Part shown: in pieces, positions 36,378 through 47,204 of the stretch
Layout of the letters: each line of letters starts with the position of its first letter
How positions within the stretch are numbered: the stretch's first letter is position 1
Assembly (NCBI GenBank): GCA_041658955.1
Contig: JBAZZE010000003.1
Location: 3,842-67,841 of the forward strand
Reading direction: 5' to 3'
DNA: 64,000 nt
From: Candidatus Shapirobacteria bacterium
Lineage (GTDB): Bacteria > Patescibacteriota > Microgenomatia > UBA12405
Notes under the pieces: model-generated
Database searches by the model: none
The model's input: only the letters and a program-made list of their open reading frames with translations
What the model was told of the DNA's origin: nothing
Program-made: the position numbers and the translations under genes

Positions 36378-38822
36378 ATGGAAGAAATCAAAAAGTTTAA
36401 AACTATTGAAGATAAGTGGATAAAATGGTGGGAAGATCACAAAGATCTGTATCGGGCTGTCGATGATTCGTCAAAAGAAAAAAAATACGTCTTGGTAGAG
36501 TTTCCTTACCCAAGTGGTTCAGGACTACATGTGGGGCATGCTTTTTCCTTTACGGGAGGGGATGTCCAGGCTCGGTTTAAACGAATGCAAGGCTATAATG
36601 TTCTGTTTCCCATGGGATGGGATGCTTTTGGGTTACCAACTGAAAATTACGCGATTAAGATGAAGAGGAAGCCACAAGAGGTAACCAAAGAGAATACAGA
36701 TGTATTCAAGAGCCAGATGAAGCAATTGGCTTTTTCATTTGATTGGAGTCGAGAAGTAAACACAACTGATCCGACTTATTACAAATGGACTCAGTGGATA
36801 TTTGTTCAACTATTTAAGAAAAATCTTGCCTACAAACAGGAAATGCCAATAAACTGGTGTCCGTCATGTAAGATAGGCCTGGCTAACGAAGAAGTATTGA
36901 ATGGGAAATGTGAGCGCTGTGGTACCGAAGTGAGCCGGAGAAATATATCACAGTGGGTGGTTAAGATTACTGATTATGCCGATAGGTTGGCAATGGGCTT
37001 AAAAGACACTAATTTTATTGATAAGGTTAAAACAGCTCAGGTTAACTGGATTGGGAAAAGCGAAGGAGCCAAGATAAGGTTCGCAGTAAAGGACAGAAAG
37101 GAGACTTTGGAAGTGTTTACGACTCGACCGGACACGCTTTATGGAGCGACTTTTATGGTAATAAGTCCAGAACATAAGCTGGCTGTTGATCTAGCTGAAT
37201 CTAACAAAGATATCAAAGACTATCTAAATGAAACCAGAAAAAAGAGTGACATGGAGAGAACTGATCTTAATAAGGATAAAACAGGCGTATTTTCTGGTCT
37301 TTATGCGATTAATCCGGTGAATGATAAGGCAATACCGATTTGGATATCTGACTTTGTATTAGCTAGTTATGGAACAGGAGCGATTATGTCAGTGCCAGCT
37401 CATGATGAGCGTGATAATGCTTTTGCTAAGAAATTTGGCTTGGAAATTATACAAGTGATCAAACCCAATGAAGTATCAGAAGCAGATAAGCCAGAGACTG
37501 ATTGCTATGTTGGTCCTGGAACAATGATAAATTCAGGTGACTTGGATGGGATGGAGTGGTCGGAGGCAAAAGCAAAGATGATTGAAAGGTTGAAAAAGAT
37601 AGGTATTGGAGAAGCATCAAATAGTTATCATTTGAGGGACTGGATATTTAGCCGGCAACACTACTGGGGTGAGCCTATTCCGATGGTTGATTGCCCTAAG
37701 TGTGGTTGGGTGCCAGAAAAAGAGGAAAACTTACCAATCGTACTACCAGAGGTAGAAGCTTATGAACCGACGGATGATGGGTTGAGTCCACTATCTAGAA
37801 TCGAAAGTTTTGTGAATTGTAAGTGTCCTGAGTGTGGTGGAGATGCTAAAAGAGAAACGGATACCATGCCAAACTGGGCTGGATCAGATTGGTACTTTAT
37901 GAGATATATGGATCCAGATAATGCTACTAAATTGGTAGACTTTGATCTATTAAAAAAGTGGGGTCCAGTCGATATTTACATCGGTGGAGATGAACATAAC
38001 ACGCTTCATTTGCTATATTCACGATTTATTTATCAGTTTTTGTACGACTTAGGAATATTCCCTAAAGAGTTGCCAGAGCCATACTACAGAAGAGTATCTC
38101 ACGGAGTTATTTTGGGACCTGACAATCAGAGAATGAGTAAATCGAAAGGGAACGTGATTGTGCCAGAAACGGTGGCTGATATGTATGGTGTAGATGTGGT
38201 TCGAATGTATCTAATGTTCATGGGACCGTTTGAGGGGACGATGGCTTGGAACGAAAAGACACTGATGGGAGTCAAGAGGTTTTTAGATAGGTTTGAAAAG
38301 TACGTTATTAAGCAGAGCCAGAGTAATTCTGATAGCAGTAGTGTTGTTAAAGTGATAATAAATAAGTTAGTTGATGGAGTAACTAAGGACTTGGAGAACT
38401 TTGGTTACAATACAGCCATAGCGAAGTGTATGGGGGCTTTGAACGAATTAGAGAAGTCGGAATCAATTTCTGCTGATGATTTATCCAAGTTAGTTAGAGT
38501 AGTGGCTCCACTGGCACCTTATATGGCCGAGGAACTATGGTCCAACATAAATAGAGATACTGGAGAGTATAGCTCAGTTCATGCATCGAGCTGGCCAGTC
38601 GTAGAAGAGCAATACTTAGTAAGCGATGAGGTCACTGTGGTAGTGGCTATCAATGGCAAATTAAGAGATCAACTGGTAGTTGATAGAGAAAAGGCTAATG
38701 ATGAAAAAGCGATGTTGGAGCTAGCAAGGGGATCAGAGAAAATCAAAGCATGGCTTGTAGGCAAACAAATAGTTAAGGAGATCTTTGTACCAGGCCGAAT
38801 GGTGAACATTGTTGTTGCTTAG
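36378..38822 (+). CDS. leuS: Leucyl-tRNA synthetase
   Basis: HIGH motif (GLHVGHAF). KMSKS (RMSKSKGN). CP1 editing and Zn-binding CxxC motifs. The start was chosen at MEEIKKFKTIEDKW (the track ORF starts 60 nt earlier in the leader). Confidence 0.9.
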   Translation: MEEIKKFKTIEDKWIKWWEDHKDLYRAVDDSSKEKKYVLVEFPYPSGSGLHVGHAFSFTGGDVQARFKRMQGYNVLFPMGWDAFGLPTENYAIKMKRKPQEVTKENTDVFKSQMKQLAFSFDWSREVNTTDPTYYKWTQWIFVQLFKKNLAYKQEMPINWCPSCKIGLANEEVLNGKCERCGTEVSRRNISQWVVKITDYADRLAMGLKDTNFIDKVKTAQVNWIGKSEGAKIRFAVKDRKETLEVFTTRPDTLYGATFMVISPEHKLAVDLAESNKDIKDYLNETRKKSDMERTDLNKDKTGVFSGLYAINPVNDKAIPIWISDFVLASYGTGAIMSVPAHDERDNAFAKKFGLEIIQVIKPNEVSEADKPETDCYVGPGTMINSGDLDGMEWSEAKAKMIERLKKIGIGEASNSYHLRDWIFSRQHYWGEPIPMVDCPKCGWVPEKEENLPIVLPEVEAYEPTDDGLSPLSRIESFVNCKCPECGGDAKRETDTMPNWAGSDWYFMRYMDPDNATKLVDFDLLKKWGPVDIYIGGDEHNTLHLLYSRFIYQFLYDLGIFPKELPEPYYRRVSHGVILGPDNQRMSKSKGNVIVPETVADMYGVDVVRMYLMFMGPFEGTMAWNEKTLMGVKRFLDRFEKYVIKQSQSNSDSSSVVKVIINKLVDGVTKDLENFGYNTAIAKCMGALNELEKSESISADDLSKLVRVVAPLAPYMAEELWSNINRDTGEYSSVHASSWPVVEEQYLVSDEVTVVVAINGKLRDQLVVDREKANDEKAMLELARGSEKIKAWLVGKQIVKEIFVPGRMVNIVVA

Positions 38823-39584
38823 ATCACTAGGCATAGTCTGTCATAACTTAGAAGCTGTCATAACGTGAATTTAGCAATCTACGCTTTTTTCTGCTACGAC
38901 TTTAAAAGTAGCAAATAAATGGAAACTTCCAAGTATCAATTGATGTAAGACAAAAGCGTTGTAAAGTATTTTAGGGTGAATGGCTTACAAGCTAAACAAT
39001 GAGTAAGAGATGATGATGGTTTAGCTTCAGATGGTAAATGGAATATTTAGATATAGTCGATATGGAGAGGTGGCTGCGGACAAAAAACTCAAGCAAAAAT
39101 GGTTAGCGTGTAAACAGTTTTACCAAAAAACTACTTACTTGAGGAGAATAATGTACCTAAATTCGGAGATTGTGATGGAGATAAGATTTATTAGATATAT
39201 TTAAGCAAGTTTAATATTTTGACTAAATGCGGTGATAATATGAAAGGAAATTTTGATAATAATCAAAAAAATATCTGCGGTTATATTCGGAGAAGTAGCG
39301 GAGAAAGAAGTTGTGTAAAGCTAAAAAGTGCGGAATATGAGAGTGAAAAATTTAAAAAACTATTATTTTTATTTAAAATCGACTAATGATCGTTGTTTCA
39401 TGAAATGAAGGAATATATTTCAAAAATTTAGATCCTAAAGTTTTTTTGTTAAAAAGTTTTTTATAAAAATGAAAATTCTGATGTTAAACTTTTTTTGGGG
39501 GATGATGATATTCCGATTGATAAAATCATCACGTTGCGAAGCTCTAGTGCGATTAGTGCGAAAATAACGTTTTATTTTATACTT

Positions 39585-39656
39585 GTATCCCCAGGCAGAA
39601 TCGAACTGCCATTTAAGGTTTAGGAAACCTCCGTTCTATCCATTGAACTATAGGGA
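39585..39656 (-). tRNA. tRNA-Arg (anticodon CCT)
   Basis: The reverse complement folds as a cloverleaf. Acceptor GTCCCTA/TGGGGAT. D-arm GTTC-AATGGATA-GAAC. Anticodon stem GAGGT/ACCTT with loop TTCCTAA (anticodon CCT). T-arm GGCAG-TTCGATT-CTGCC. Discriminator A. No encoded CCA. Confidence 0.8.
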
Positions 39657-39694
39657 CAGGCAAACTCAACCATATGAAAATATGGTGGAATTTG

Positions 39695-39768
39695 TCGGGG
39701 ATACTGGATTCGAACCAGCAACCTCACGATCCCGAACCGTGCGCGCTAGCCAATTGCGCCAATCCCCG
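39695..39768 (-). tRNA. tRNA-Pro (anticodon CGG)
   Basis: Reverse complement. Acceptor CGGGGAT/ATCCCCG. D-arm GCGC-AATTGGCTA-GCGC. Anticodon stem CACGG/TCGTG with loop TTCGGGA (anticodon CGG, G37). T-arm GCTGG-TTCGAAT-CCAGT. Discriminator A. Confidence 0.8.
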
Positions 39769-40188
39769 TTTTTTGACAAGCTCAAGTTTTGGGCCTATCT
39801 ATTAGAGAATAAGGTAGTCCATATTCTCTTGTTTCATATTATACCGTGGTGGGAGTTTTTTAGGTCCGTTTATTGTTACAGGATAGAATGATAATGTTCT
39901 ATTTATATATATAAAGTTTATATTTGATGGTTATGTATATACAAACATAAGAATTGTGTGTTGGTTATTTAGCAAAAAACTATACTGAGTGCTAAGTCTT
40001 TTTTTGTTAATAATACTTGGTGAGATGAGCAAATATGTGTATATATATAAACTATAGTATTGAAGACCATTGAACCTTTGAGTTTGCTAGGCACGAAATG
40101 GTTTTTCTATATTAGGGGACTAAGTTTGTTCTTTTGCCGTACAATTGCTGTACTTGACTAAATAAAAAAAAGTATCTAGACTGATGTT

Positions 40189-40605
40189 ATGAATGACACA
40201 GCAAGAAATACCCGTACTCTGATCGTCAGTTTTGTTTTTGCAATTATGGCTTTGATTCCTCTTCGTTTTGTAGAAGTTGGACAAATGATTCAAGACCAAC
40301 CCATGGTTTTAGGAGAGCAAGTCCAAAATTCTCCTGAAGTTGTTTTACCAGAAAGTGGTGTTAGCGAAGAAGCGGTTTTAGAGGCTCCTTATAATGAAAT
40401 AGAATATGGTCAACAAAGTCAGCCGGCTGAGGAAGTTCTAGGAGAAGAGACCCAAGTAAGCGAAAGTGAATGCATTCCTGCAGACGAAGCTAGATCGGTT
40501 TTAGCTGAATATGAGACAAAGTTAAGTGAAGGTGGCTCGAATGGTGAAGAAACTGATCAAATGGTCAGTGAGATGATCAGCATCGAATCGATGATGTGTA
40601 AATAA
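40189..40605 (+). CDS. Small membrane-anchored acidic hypothetical protein
   Basis: 138 aa. N-terminal TM (LIVSFVFAIMALIPL). Glu/Gln-rich tail. Confidence 0.35.
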   Translation: MNDTARNTRTLIVSFVFAIMALIPLRFVEVGQMIQDQPMVLGEQVQNSPEVVLPESGVSEEAVLEAPYNEIEYGQQSQPAEEVLGEETQVSESECIPADEARSVLAEYETKLSEGGSNGEETDQMVSEMISIESMMCK

Positions 40606-40935
40606 CTATTTTATCCTTTCAATTAGCATGACAGCATCTGTTTTGGCCCTTCTTTTGTCTTCGAACAGGATTCTTCCGATATCGACACGATACACAAGGC
40701 AGGTAACTTGATGCTTTCTTTCCATATACCGGACTAGTCCGGTGGCTTCACCTCTGCTTTTGACAACACCGATACCACCCCAGCCACTCCACGGGCCTTT
40801 GCCTTCGACTATTTGTTCAGGTGGTAAACGAACCCAAGTGTTCTCTTCGTATTCAAGAATGTTTGGATTCTGGCGCAGTCCCAGGGATTTTAAATCTGAA
40901 GTGACTACTTTGAAGAATTCCTTTTGGGCCATCAA
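40606..40935 (-). CDS. Hypothetical protein
   Basis: 109-aa ORF with a 4-nt overlap with the upstream PEGA gene. No recognisable motif. Confidence 0.3.
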   Translation of the reverse strand: MMAQKEFFKVVTSDLKSLGLRQNPNILEYEENTWVRLPPEQIVEGKGPWSGWGGIGVVKSRGEATGLVRYMERKHQVTCLVYRVDIGRILFEDKRRAKTDAVMLIERIK

Positions 40936-42155
40936 CGAATTGTGACGGCGTAAAGATTTTCAGTTGATCCAGTGAATGGGGCGGTCAGAGTGATAATCTT
41001 GTTGCCATCAAACCAAGGTAGGGTTACTTCAGGTCGGAAGTTGCCAGCGTAGATGGTTACTTGGTTGGTAGCGTCATAATCAGCTGCCTTAAGCTCTTGA
41101 TTAGTTAGATAAACAACATTACTAGAAGAAGGCAGCCAATAGGGATTCTGAACCTCAGTAGGCGAACCTAGACGGTAATTTGTGTCTTCTTTTAGGTCAT
41201 AAATATAATAATCACCGATGGCTAGACTGCGAGTTTGAGTTTGAGTACTTTGAGCTGGAGGAGCGGTGGCTAGTATTTGAGGTATGGTGGCAGACTGGGT
41301 GGCTTGATAGAGGACCTTGTCTTCAAGAGTAGTAAAAGCAATCTTTTGTCCGGAGACCGTGGAGATAAAAGGCTTAAGTTCTTCAGGTAGACGATCAAGT
41401 TTACTGAGAATTATTTCTTTATCCTGGGTGGCCCATGTTTGGCGGATAAGTGGTAAACGAGGGGTGACATCAACTAAAGTTTTGGAATCAATAGTAGTGG
41501 CTAAGTTAAGTAAATATTTGACACCACTTTTAAAAGTAGCAATAACTTCCATAGAATTGGGAGAAAACTCATATGAAGCTTTGGACCAATCAACAGAAAG
41601 TGTGTTGGTGGCGATTTGGCGGGGGGTGTTCTTGGTTAGATAAAGTGGATTGGCACTTAACTCAATTAGATATAGTCCATTGTTGGCGGTAGCTGAGGAA
41701 GAAGCAACAGCATAAATGACCCGACTTTTATCAGGACTAACTTCAGGGTTGATGACTCCAGTGTGAGTAATTGGTTTGAGGTCAGGAGTTGAGCGGAAAA
41801 GTTGGGAATCGGTTTGATAGACAATTTCTGCCTTAATCTTGATGGTTTTTTGCCAATTAAAGTAACCATCTTTAATGATTTTTACGACATAATCACCAGG
41901 AGTTAGGTTTATAGTATCGTCAGTAGCTGTAATTAGAGAATTGTTGATATAGACGCTAGCACCTTTGGGACGGGAGGTGGCGGAGAGTAATCCGGTGGGG
42001 TTGAGGGTTAAACCACCAGGTTGAAGTGAAGGTCGGTAGCCACGGGCGAGGAGAGTCACTCCCCAGGTACTTAATACCACAAAGAAGAATACAGATAAGA
42101 CGATACTTAGGCTTTTCTTCTCGCTTTGGGACAGCATGATAGTATTATAAACCAA
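40932..42155 (-). CDS. PEGA-domain membrane-anchored protein with beta-propeller-like C-terminal region
   Basis: N-terminal TM. PEGA-like GASVYINNSLITATDDTINLTPGDYVVKIIKDGYFNWQKTIKIKAEIV. Divergent from mreB. Confidence 0.5.
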   Translation of the reverse strand: MVYNTIMLSQSEKKSLSIVLSVFFFVVLSTWGVTLLARGYRPSLQPGGLTLNPTGLLSATSRPKGASVYINNSLITATDDTINLTPGDYVVKIIKDGYFNWQKTIKIKAEIVYQTDSQLFRSTPDLKPITHTGVINPEVSPDKSRVIYAVASSSATANNGLYLIELSANPLYLTKNTPRQIATNTLSVDWSKASYEFSPNSMEVIATFKSGVKYLLNLATTIDSKTLVDVTPRLPLIRQTWATQDKEIILSKLDRLPEELKPFISTVSGQKIAFTTLEDKVLYQATQSATIPQILATAPPAQSTQTQTRSLAIGDYYIYDLKEDTNYRLGSPTEVQNPYWLPSSSNVVYLTNQELKAADYDATNQVTIYAGNFRPEVTLPWFDGNKIITLTAPFTGSTENLYAVTIR

Positions 42156-42230
42156 GAATAGGGATTATAGAGGAGGTGGGTAGGGTTTTGGCTGTACGAG
42201 TCTGTTAACAAATATTGGTAGAATGTAGTA

Positions 42231-43232
42231 ATGAAACTGTTTAAGAAATTAGGAATTGATTTGGGCACGGCTAATTCGGTGGTCTGGGAAGAAGGGGTGG
42301 GAGTGGTTTTGAATGAACCAACCGTGGTGGCAGTAGGAGTTGATGATCGAAAAATTCTGGCGGTTGGAGCTGAAGCTAAGAAAATGTTGGGGAAAACACC
42401 GGAATATATTGAAGTTATCCGACCAATGGAAGATGGAGTAATTGCTGACTATGAAGTAACTGAAGCAATGATGAGGTATTTTTTGAAGCAAGTAATGGGT
42501 CGGGGATGGATCATGGGTCCAGAGGTAATGGTTTGTGTCCCGGCAGGAGTAACTCAAGTCGAACAAAGAGCAGTCATGGACGCAACTATTTCAGCTGGAG
42601 CAAGAAAAGCCTATCTTATCGATGAACCATTGGCTGCGGCGATTGGGGCCAAGATTCCGGTATCGGAACCTTATGGCAATATGATTGTGGATATTGGTGG
42701 TGGTGCGGCGGAAGCGGCTGTAATTGCCTTGGGTGGAGTGGTAACTCACAAGACAGTTCGGGTAGGTGGAGCAAAAATTGATGGAGTTATCGCCGAATTT
42801 TTGAGAAGAAAGCATAATTTGATAGTTGGAGAGCAAACATCAGAGACTATAAAGATAAAAATCGGAAGTGCGATTAAGTTAAAGCGGCCTGAGACGATGG
42901 AGGTCAGTGGCCGGGATTCGGTGTCGGGACTACCACGGATGGTAGTTATTGACTCCGATCAAATTCATGAGGCGATATCGCCAATGCTTAGTAGCATCAT
43001 CATGGTGATCCGAGACACTTTGGAAATTACGCCACCAGAGTTGGTGGCCGATATCGCTGACCGGGGGATAGTGCTTTCCGGAGGTACATCACTTCTACGA
43101 AACTTTAATGTCTTAGTGACTCGAGAAATTGGGGTGTCAGCACACGTCGCTCCGGAACCGCAATTTTGTGTAATTAAAGGAACTGGGATTGCCCTGGAAA
43201 ATCTAGACGTTTACTGGCGGGCGATACGTTGA
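42231..43232 (+). CDS. mreB: Rod shape-determining protein MreB (actin-like ATPase)
   Basis: N-terminus LGIDLGTANSVVW. Phosphate-2 region VMVCVPAGVTQVEQRAVMDA. Adenosine region DIGGGAAEAAV. C-terminal VLSGGTSLLRNF. Confidence 0.9.
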   Translation: MKLFKKLGIDLGTANSVVWEEGVGVVLNEPTVVAVGVDDRKILAVGAEAKKMLGKTPEYIEVIRPMEDGVIADYEVTEAMMRYFLKQVMGRGWIMGPEVMVCVPAGVTQVEQRAVMDATISAGARKAYLIDEPLAAAIGAKIPVSEPYGNMIVDIGGGAAEAAVIALGGVVTHKTVRVGGAKIDGVIAEFLRRKHNLIVGEQTSETIKIKIGSAIKLKRPETMEVSGRDSVSGLPRMVVIDSDQIHEAISPMLSSIIMVIRDTLEITPPELVADIADRGIVLSGGTSLLRNFNVLVTREIGVSAHVAPEPQFCVIKGTGIALENLDVYWRAIR

Positions 43233-43626
43233 TCTAGTAGGATAATAAGTCTTGTAATAGTTTTTATTTCAAATAATTTAGTTATCAGTTTTTTAGCTTT
43301 TATATCATTATAACTGCAGTTTTGTTTTTTGATTAATAAATCGACTAACTCTTAATCTTTACCCTAGATTATGGATTATTTTGTGAGTAAATGTTTTATT
43401 CATAATGACTATATTTAGCCTAAGGTTAATAACAGAATTATTGGCTTATAGAAAATTGGGTAAACTGAGGTGATATAGTTAACAAGCTATGCTTGTAGTA
43501 TATTGATTATATAGGGTAAGGTGATAGCAAGTGATATAGTTTTTTGACAAGAAAAGTCGAGAAAAAAAAGAAGAGGAGTGTTAAAATGAAATTAGATAAT
43601 GTTTGATATAGTTCATAAACAAAAAA

Positions 43627-44475
43627 ATGGCGATGAAGCGTAAAAAAATGGATAGATCTACATACAAAAGTGGCCTATCTAATTGGGATATCTTTGGTAC
43701 TCCGATGTTTGGCAGAGATAGGTTTGCTCTGCTAAAACTAGTGGGTAGTCTACCGGAGAATGCTCAGGCATGGATTGCGACGGTAAATCCAGAATTTGTG
43801 ATGAAAGCCCAAGAGGATATGGATTTTATGAGAATACTCCAAAATAGGACGACTTACAATGTGGCTGATGGGGTGGGATTGTTGTGGGCAAAAGAGGTTT
43901 TGAAGGTAAAAAGTAGTCAAGTTTTAACCAGAATTGGGAAGAGATTAGTTAAGGGTTTTCTGGTTGGAATGGAAGTGATTGGGGGGAGAAAAATGGATGG
44001 ACTTATCTCGGGTGCTGACCTAATTGATAGTCTATGTAAGGAAGCGGCAGAGAATAATAAGTCAGTATTTTTCTTAGGTGGTTGGGGGGACCGGGGAGCT
44101 AGAAGTGCAGCATTGTTTAAAAAGAAATATCCCACGCTAAAAGTGTCTGGTAGTTATGCTGGTAATCGAGTGGGTGAGGATGAAAAGACCTTGAAGGTGC
44201 TATCTGAATACAAAATTGACTATTTATTCGTGGCTTATGCCATGAAGACACAAGAAGAATGGATTAATCGCAACTTGGACAAGCTTAAAATAAGATTGGT
44301 AATGGGGGTGGGGCGAAGTTTTGACTATTATTCAGGAGATTTGCGCCGAGCACCCACATGGGTACGTAAAATGGGTTTTGAATGGCTATATTCTCTTATT
44401 ATGGAACCTAAAAGGTGGAAGCGACAATTGGCTTTGCCGAGGTTTATTGGTAAGGTTTTGGTGTCTGATAGGTAG
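43627..44475 (+). CDS. WecB/TagA/CpsF-family glycosyltransferase (N-acetylmannosaminyltransferase-like)
   Basis: Motifs ATVNPEFVMKA, DGVGLLWA, FFLGG, and GVGRSFDYYSGDLRRAPTWVRKMGFEWLYSLIMEPKRW, which is the characteristic C-terminal signature of the family. Confidence 0.75.
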   Translation: MAMKRKKMDRSTYKSGLSNWDIFGTPMFGRDRFALLKLVGSLPENAQAWIATVNPEFVMKAQEDMDFMRILQNRTTYNVADGVGLLWAKEVLKVKSSQVLTRIGKRLVKGFLVGMEVIGGRKMDGLISGADLIDSLCKEAAENNKSVFFLGGWGDRGARSAALFKKKYPTLKVSGSYAGNRVGEDEKTLKVLSEYKIDYLFVAYAMKTQEEWINRNLDKLKIRLVMGVGRSFDYYSGDLRRAPTWVRKMGFEWLYSLIMEPKRWKRQLALPRFIGKVLVSDR

Positions 44476-44493
44476 GGGTGGTAATATGAGTGT

Positions 44494-45003
44494 ATGAGTC
44501 AAGATGTAAAAGATCCTATTCAATATGTTGAGTCAGGTTCTCTGACTCCGGATAAATATTTGACACCAAGGGCGACTGAGGTAATGGTAAGACTGCCAGG
44601 TGAAAAAATAACATCTGAACTATTTCCCCAATTATTGGCAGAACTTGATGGATTTAAGGATGATCAAGAAATGATTAGGAATGCGTGTGGGCATGCTGAA
44701 CACTTTTTTGCACCAGACGTTGACTTTGGTAACACCACTTGTGAGTCGGTGAGCTATGATCCAGGAGGTTTAATTGGATTAAAATTTGACAATCCTCGAT
44801 TGCAGGCAATAGTGATCCAACCGGATGATGATGGAGATGGAAAGTGCCGTCTTCAAGTTGTAGCCGATGGTATGAGGCATGAATATAAGATGCAAGGTGG
44901 GACCTTGGTGAGTGGGTTTAATGAGAAAATTGCCGAAGAATCCAGAACTTATCAAATGTTGGCGCACTTAGGTGTCGATGTGGCCAAGATGAATGATAAA
45001 TAA
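44494..45003 (+). CDS. Hypothetical protein
   Basis: 169-aa ORF in an operon-like position between the glycosyltransferase and the J-domain gene. No motif recognised. Confidence 0.35.
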   Translation: MSQDVKDPIQYVESGSLTPDKYLTPRATEVMVRLPGEKITSELFPQLLAELDGFKDDQEMIRNACGHAEHFFAPDVDFGNTTCESVSYDPGGLIGLKFDNPRLQAIVIQPDDDGDGKCRLQVVADGMRHEYKMQGGTLVSGFNEKIAEESRTYQMLAHLGVDVAKMNDK

Positions 45004-45005
45004 CA

Positions 45006-46097
45006 ATGACGTACAAGGACTATTATGAGATTTTAGGTGTTGGTAGAAAAGCATCGGATGATGATATTAAGGCTGCATATAGAAAATTAGTCAAAATAAC
45101 ACATACTGATATTTACCCTGAAAAAGAAGAGGAATTTAAAGAACTCAATGAAGCATATGGGGTATTGAGTGATGTTGATAAACGAGCAAGATACGATCGA
45201 TTTGGAAAAGAAGGCTTGAAGCAGGGTTTTGTACCTCCGGCTGATGGTTTTGGTGATTTTTGGAGTGAGTTTGGGGTTGGTGGTGGTATGTTTGGCGATA
45301 TTTTGCGGAGTATGTTTAGCGGTGATAAGGCTGAGCAAGCAAGAGCTAGACAGAGGGCAGAAGAAATGTTGAAGGATTTACAGGCTCAACAGGAGCGGAC
45401 AAGAACCGAGGGTGCGACTCGAACTACGGTAAATCGTCCATCAAATGACCATCCAAAATCAACAAGGTCAGCTCAACCAAATATAAAATTTGGGTTAGGA
45501 GACATTAAAATTCCTGAAGAAGAGTTTAGTCTTATGGCTGGACTAACTAAGATCGAAGGTATGAGAGGGCCGGTAACCTTAGAACATGATGAATATCGAA
45601 TTTTGAAGGACAAGATGGGCAATACTCGGGTTGAGGTAAAGATGTCTCGGTTTATAAAAGATGGTAGAACTGAAGTTCGGGTGGGTAAACCAGGTACCTT
45701 TGAGACTTTTAATAAAACACGGAAAGATTGGGTTGATGCTAGTTGGATAGATCAGGGAAATGTGATGGGAGCCGATATGCCCAAAAATTATCGAAGTTTA
45801 ATTGGATTAGTTAATCAAGTGGCTTTAACAATTTCCCATCAGGATGAACTGACCGATGTAACGATAACTAGCTTAAACATTGCTGCCCGGGTGAGTTTCC
45901 CGGATGATCGGAAGAGAGAGGTGGAGGGTGATCGTCTTCGCCAGGAATTGGTGATTGAATCGGGAAAATGGTTGTTTACTGGGGTTGATGATGAAGTTAA
46001 GCCGAAAAATATGCCAGTAGAGGGTGGTATGGCTTCCAAGCCTAAGTCGGCACCAATAAATCTAAATGAAGGTTTGAAGATGCGTAGGAAAACTTAG
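45006..46097 (+). CDS. J-domain protein with degenerate HPD motif (HTD), non-DnaJ C-terminal region
   Basis: N-terminal [63 protein letters not shown] is a J-domain with HPD replaced by HTD. There is no CxxCxGxG zinc finger. Confidence 0.6.
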   Translation: MTYKDYYEILGVGRKASDDDIKAAYRKLVKITHTDIYPEKEEEFKELNEAYGVLSDVDKRARYDRFGKEGLKQGFVPPADGFGDFWSEFGVGGGMFGDILRSMFSGDKAEQARARQRAEEMLKDLQAQQERTRTEGATRTTVNRPSNDHPKSTRSAQPNIKFGLGDIKIPEEEFSLMAGLTKIEGMRGPVTLEHDEYRILKDKMGNTRVEVKMSRFIKDGRTEVRVGKPGTFETFNKTRKDWVDASWIDQGNVMGADMPKNYRSLIGLVNQVALTISHQDELTDVTITSLNIAARVSFPDDRKREVEGDRLRQELVIESGKWLFTGVDDEVKPKNMPVEGGMASKPKSAPINLNEGLKMRRKT

Positions 46098-47155
46098 TTG
46101 AACTTACCAAGAAATTTTATTTCTGGGATGAGTTCAAAGCCAAACTTTTCACGGACCATATCTTGAACATATTTGACTAAATTGTAGAAATCAGCCGCTG
46201 TGGCAGTACCGGTGTTGATAAAAAAGTTGCTATGTTCGTTAGAAATCTTGGCACCGCCGATACTAAAACCTTTTAAAGACAGTTCATGGTCGATAATCCA
46301 ACCGGTGGATTTTTGTTCACCCCAGATTTTTTGACAAATTTCCAGGGAAGGATTGGCAAAAGCACTACCGGGGGAAGCCATAGATTGAACTTTGGATTTT
46401 TGAGCGATCCAGGCCTTATAGACTTCCATGGCTTTATTGGTGTCGCCTCGGAAGAGCTTAAGGGTGACGGAAAGAACGATAAGATGGGGATTTTTTTGGA
46501 ACATACTGGTTTCGTATTTCCAGTTGAGCTTATCTTTTTTTAATAGTTCGGTTTTTCCGGTTTTAAGGTTAAATACCTTGATAGTGTCGGTGTAATCGGA
46601 AAAATGGTAGCTACCACCATGAATATTTTGATAGACAGCACCACCCACTGTACCGGGAATATAACCAAACCATTGAAGTCCGGTAAGACCGGCAGAAATG
46701 AGTTGGGTAATGGCAAATGGCAGGGGGGTGCCGGCTTGAATAGTAACTTCTTGGTAGGGTAGGTGAGACTCATCATAATCAAGACGGGTAAAGTCCAAAT
46801 ATTTTTGAGGTTCGTTTTCATTTCTTTGGGCATAAGTGACCTTGAAGTTTGAATCTGGTTCGTGAATCCGAGGGTGAATGTCGATTTTATTGGCTTTGTT
46901 GACAATGGTTAATCCGGGAAGGCCGGCGTCAGAGATGACGACATTGGAACCAGAACCCAGGATGGTGAAGGGTAATTCGGGGTGATTATGGAGAAATTTG
47001 AGAAGATCGAAGAGTTCACTTTGTTTGGTGGCGATGGCGAAAAGTTCAGCATTACCACCGAGATGAAGGGTGTTGTAGTTAGACAAAGAATGATTTTCAG
47101 CGACGAACATGCCAGTGTGGACTTGTTGGAGTTCTTCAAATAGGGGGTGAGACAT
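46094..47155 (-). CDS. murB: UDP-N-acetylenolpyruvoylglucosamine reductase
   Basis: FAD-binding N-terminus [11 protein letters not shown]...[21 protein letters not shown]-terminal [19 protein letters not shown]...GSAFANP, typical of MurB. Confidence 0.85.
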   Translation of the reverse strand: MSHPLFEELQQVHTGMFVAENHSLSNYNTLHLGGNAELFAIATKQSELFDLLKFLHNHPELPFTILGSGSNVVISDAGLPGLTIVNKANKIDIHPRIHEPDSNFKVTYAQRNENEPQKYLDFTRLDYDESHLPYQEVTIQAGTPLPFAITQLISAGLTGLQWFGYIPGTVGGAVYQNIHGGSYHFSDYTDTIKVFNLKTGKTELLKKDKLNWKYETSMFQKNPHLIVLSVTLKLFRGDTNKAMEVYKAWIAQKSKVQSMASPGSAFANPSLEICQKIWGEQKSTGWIIDHELSLKGFSIGGAKISNEHSNFFINTGTATAADFYNLVKYVQDMVREKFGFELIPEIKFLGKFN

Positions 47156-47204
47156 AGCTTTATTATACTAAATTAAATCTAGACGATTCTTATTTTTGTG
47201 TTGC

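Noticed and set aside
36046-36380. T-box riboswitch upstream of leuS
   Set aside because: I searched for the conserved T-box sequence (AGGGTGGNACCGCG) and a specifier-loop arrangement and found none. The terminator/antiterminator here is better explained by the Leu-rich leader peptide.
39585-39768. tRNA-adjacent integrated element
   Set aside because: No integrase, excisionase or direct repeat of a tRNA 3' end was found in the flanking 1.4 kb. The excisionase-like gene at 53294 is 13 kb away.
39583-39891. 102-aa plus-strand ORF in the ORF track
   Set aside because: It overlaps both tRNA genes (which are on the opposite strand) and lies in AT-rich non-coding DNA. It is a spurious ORF.
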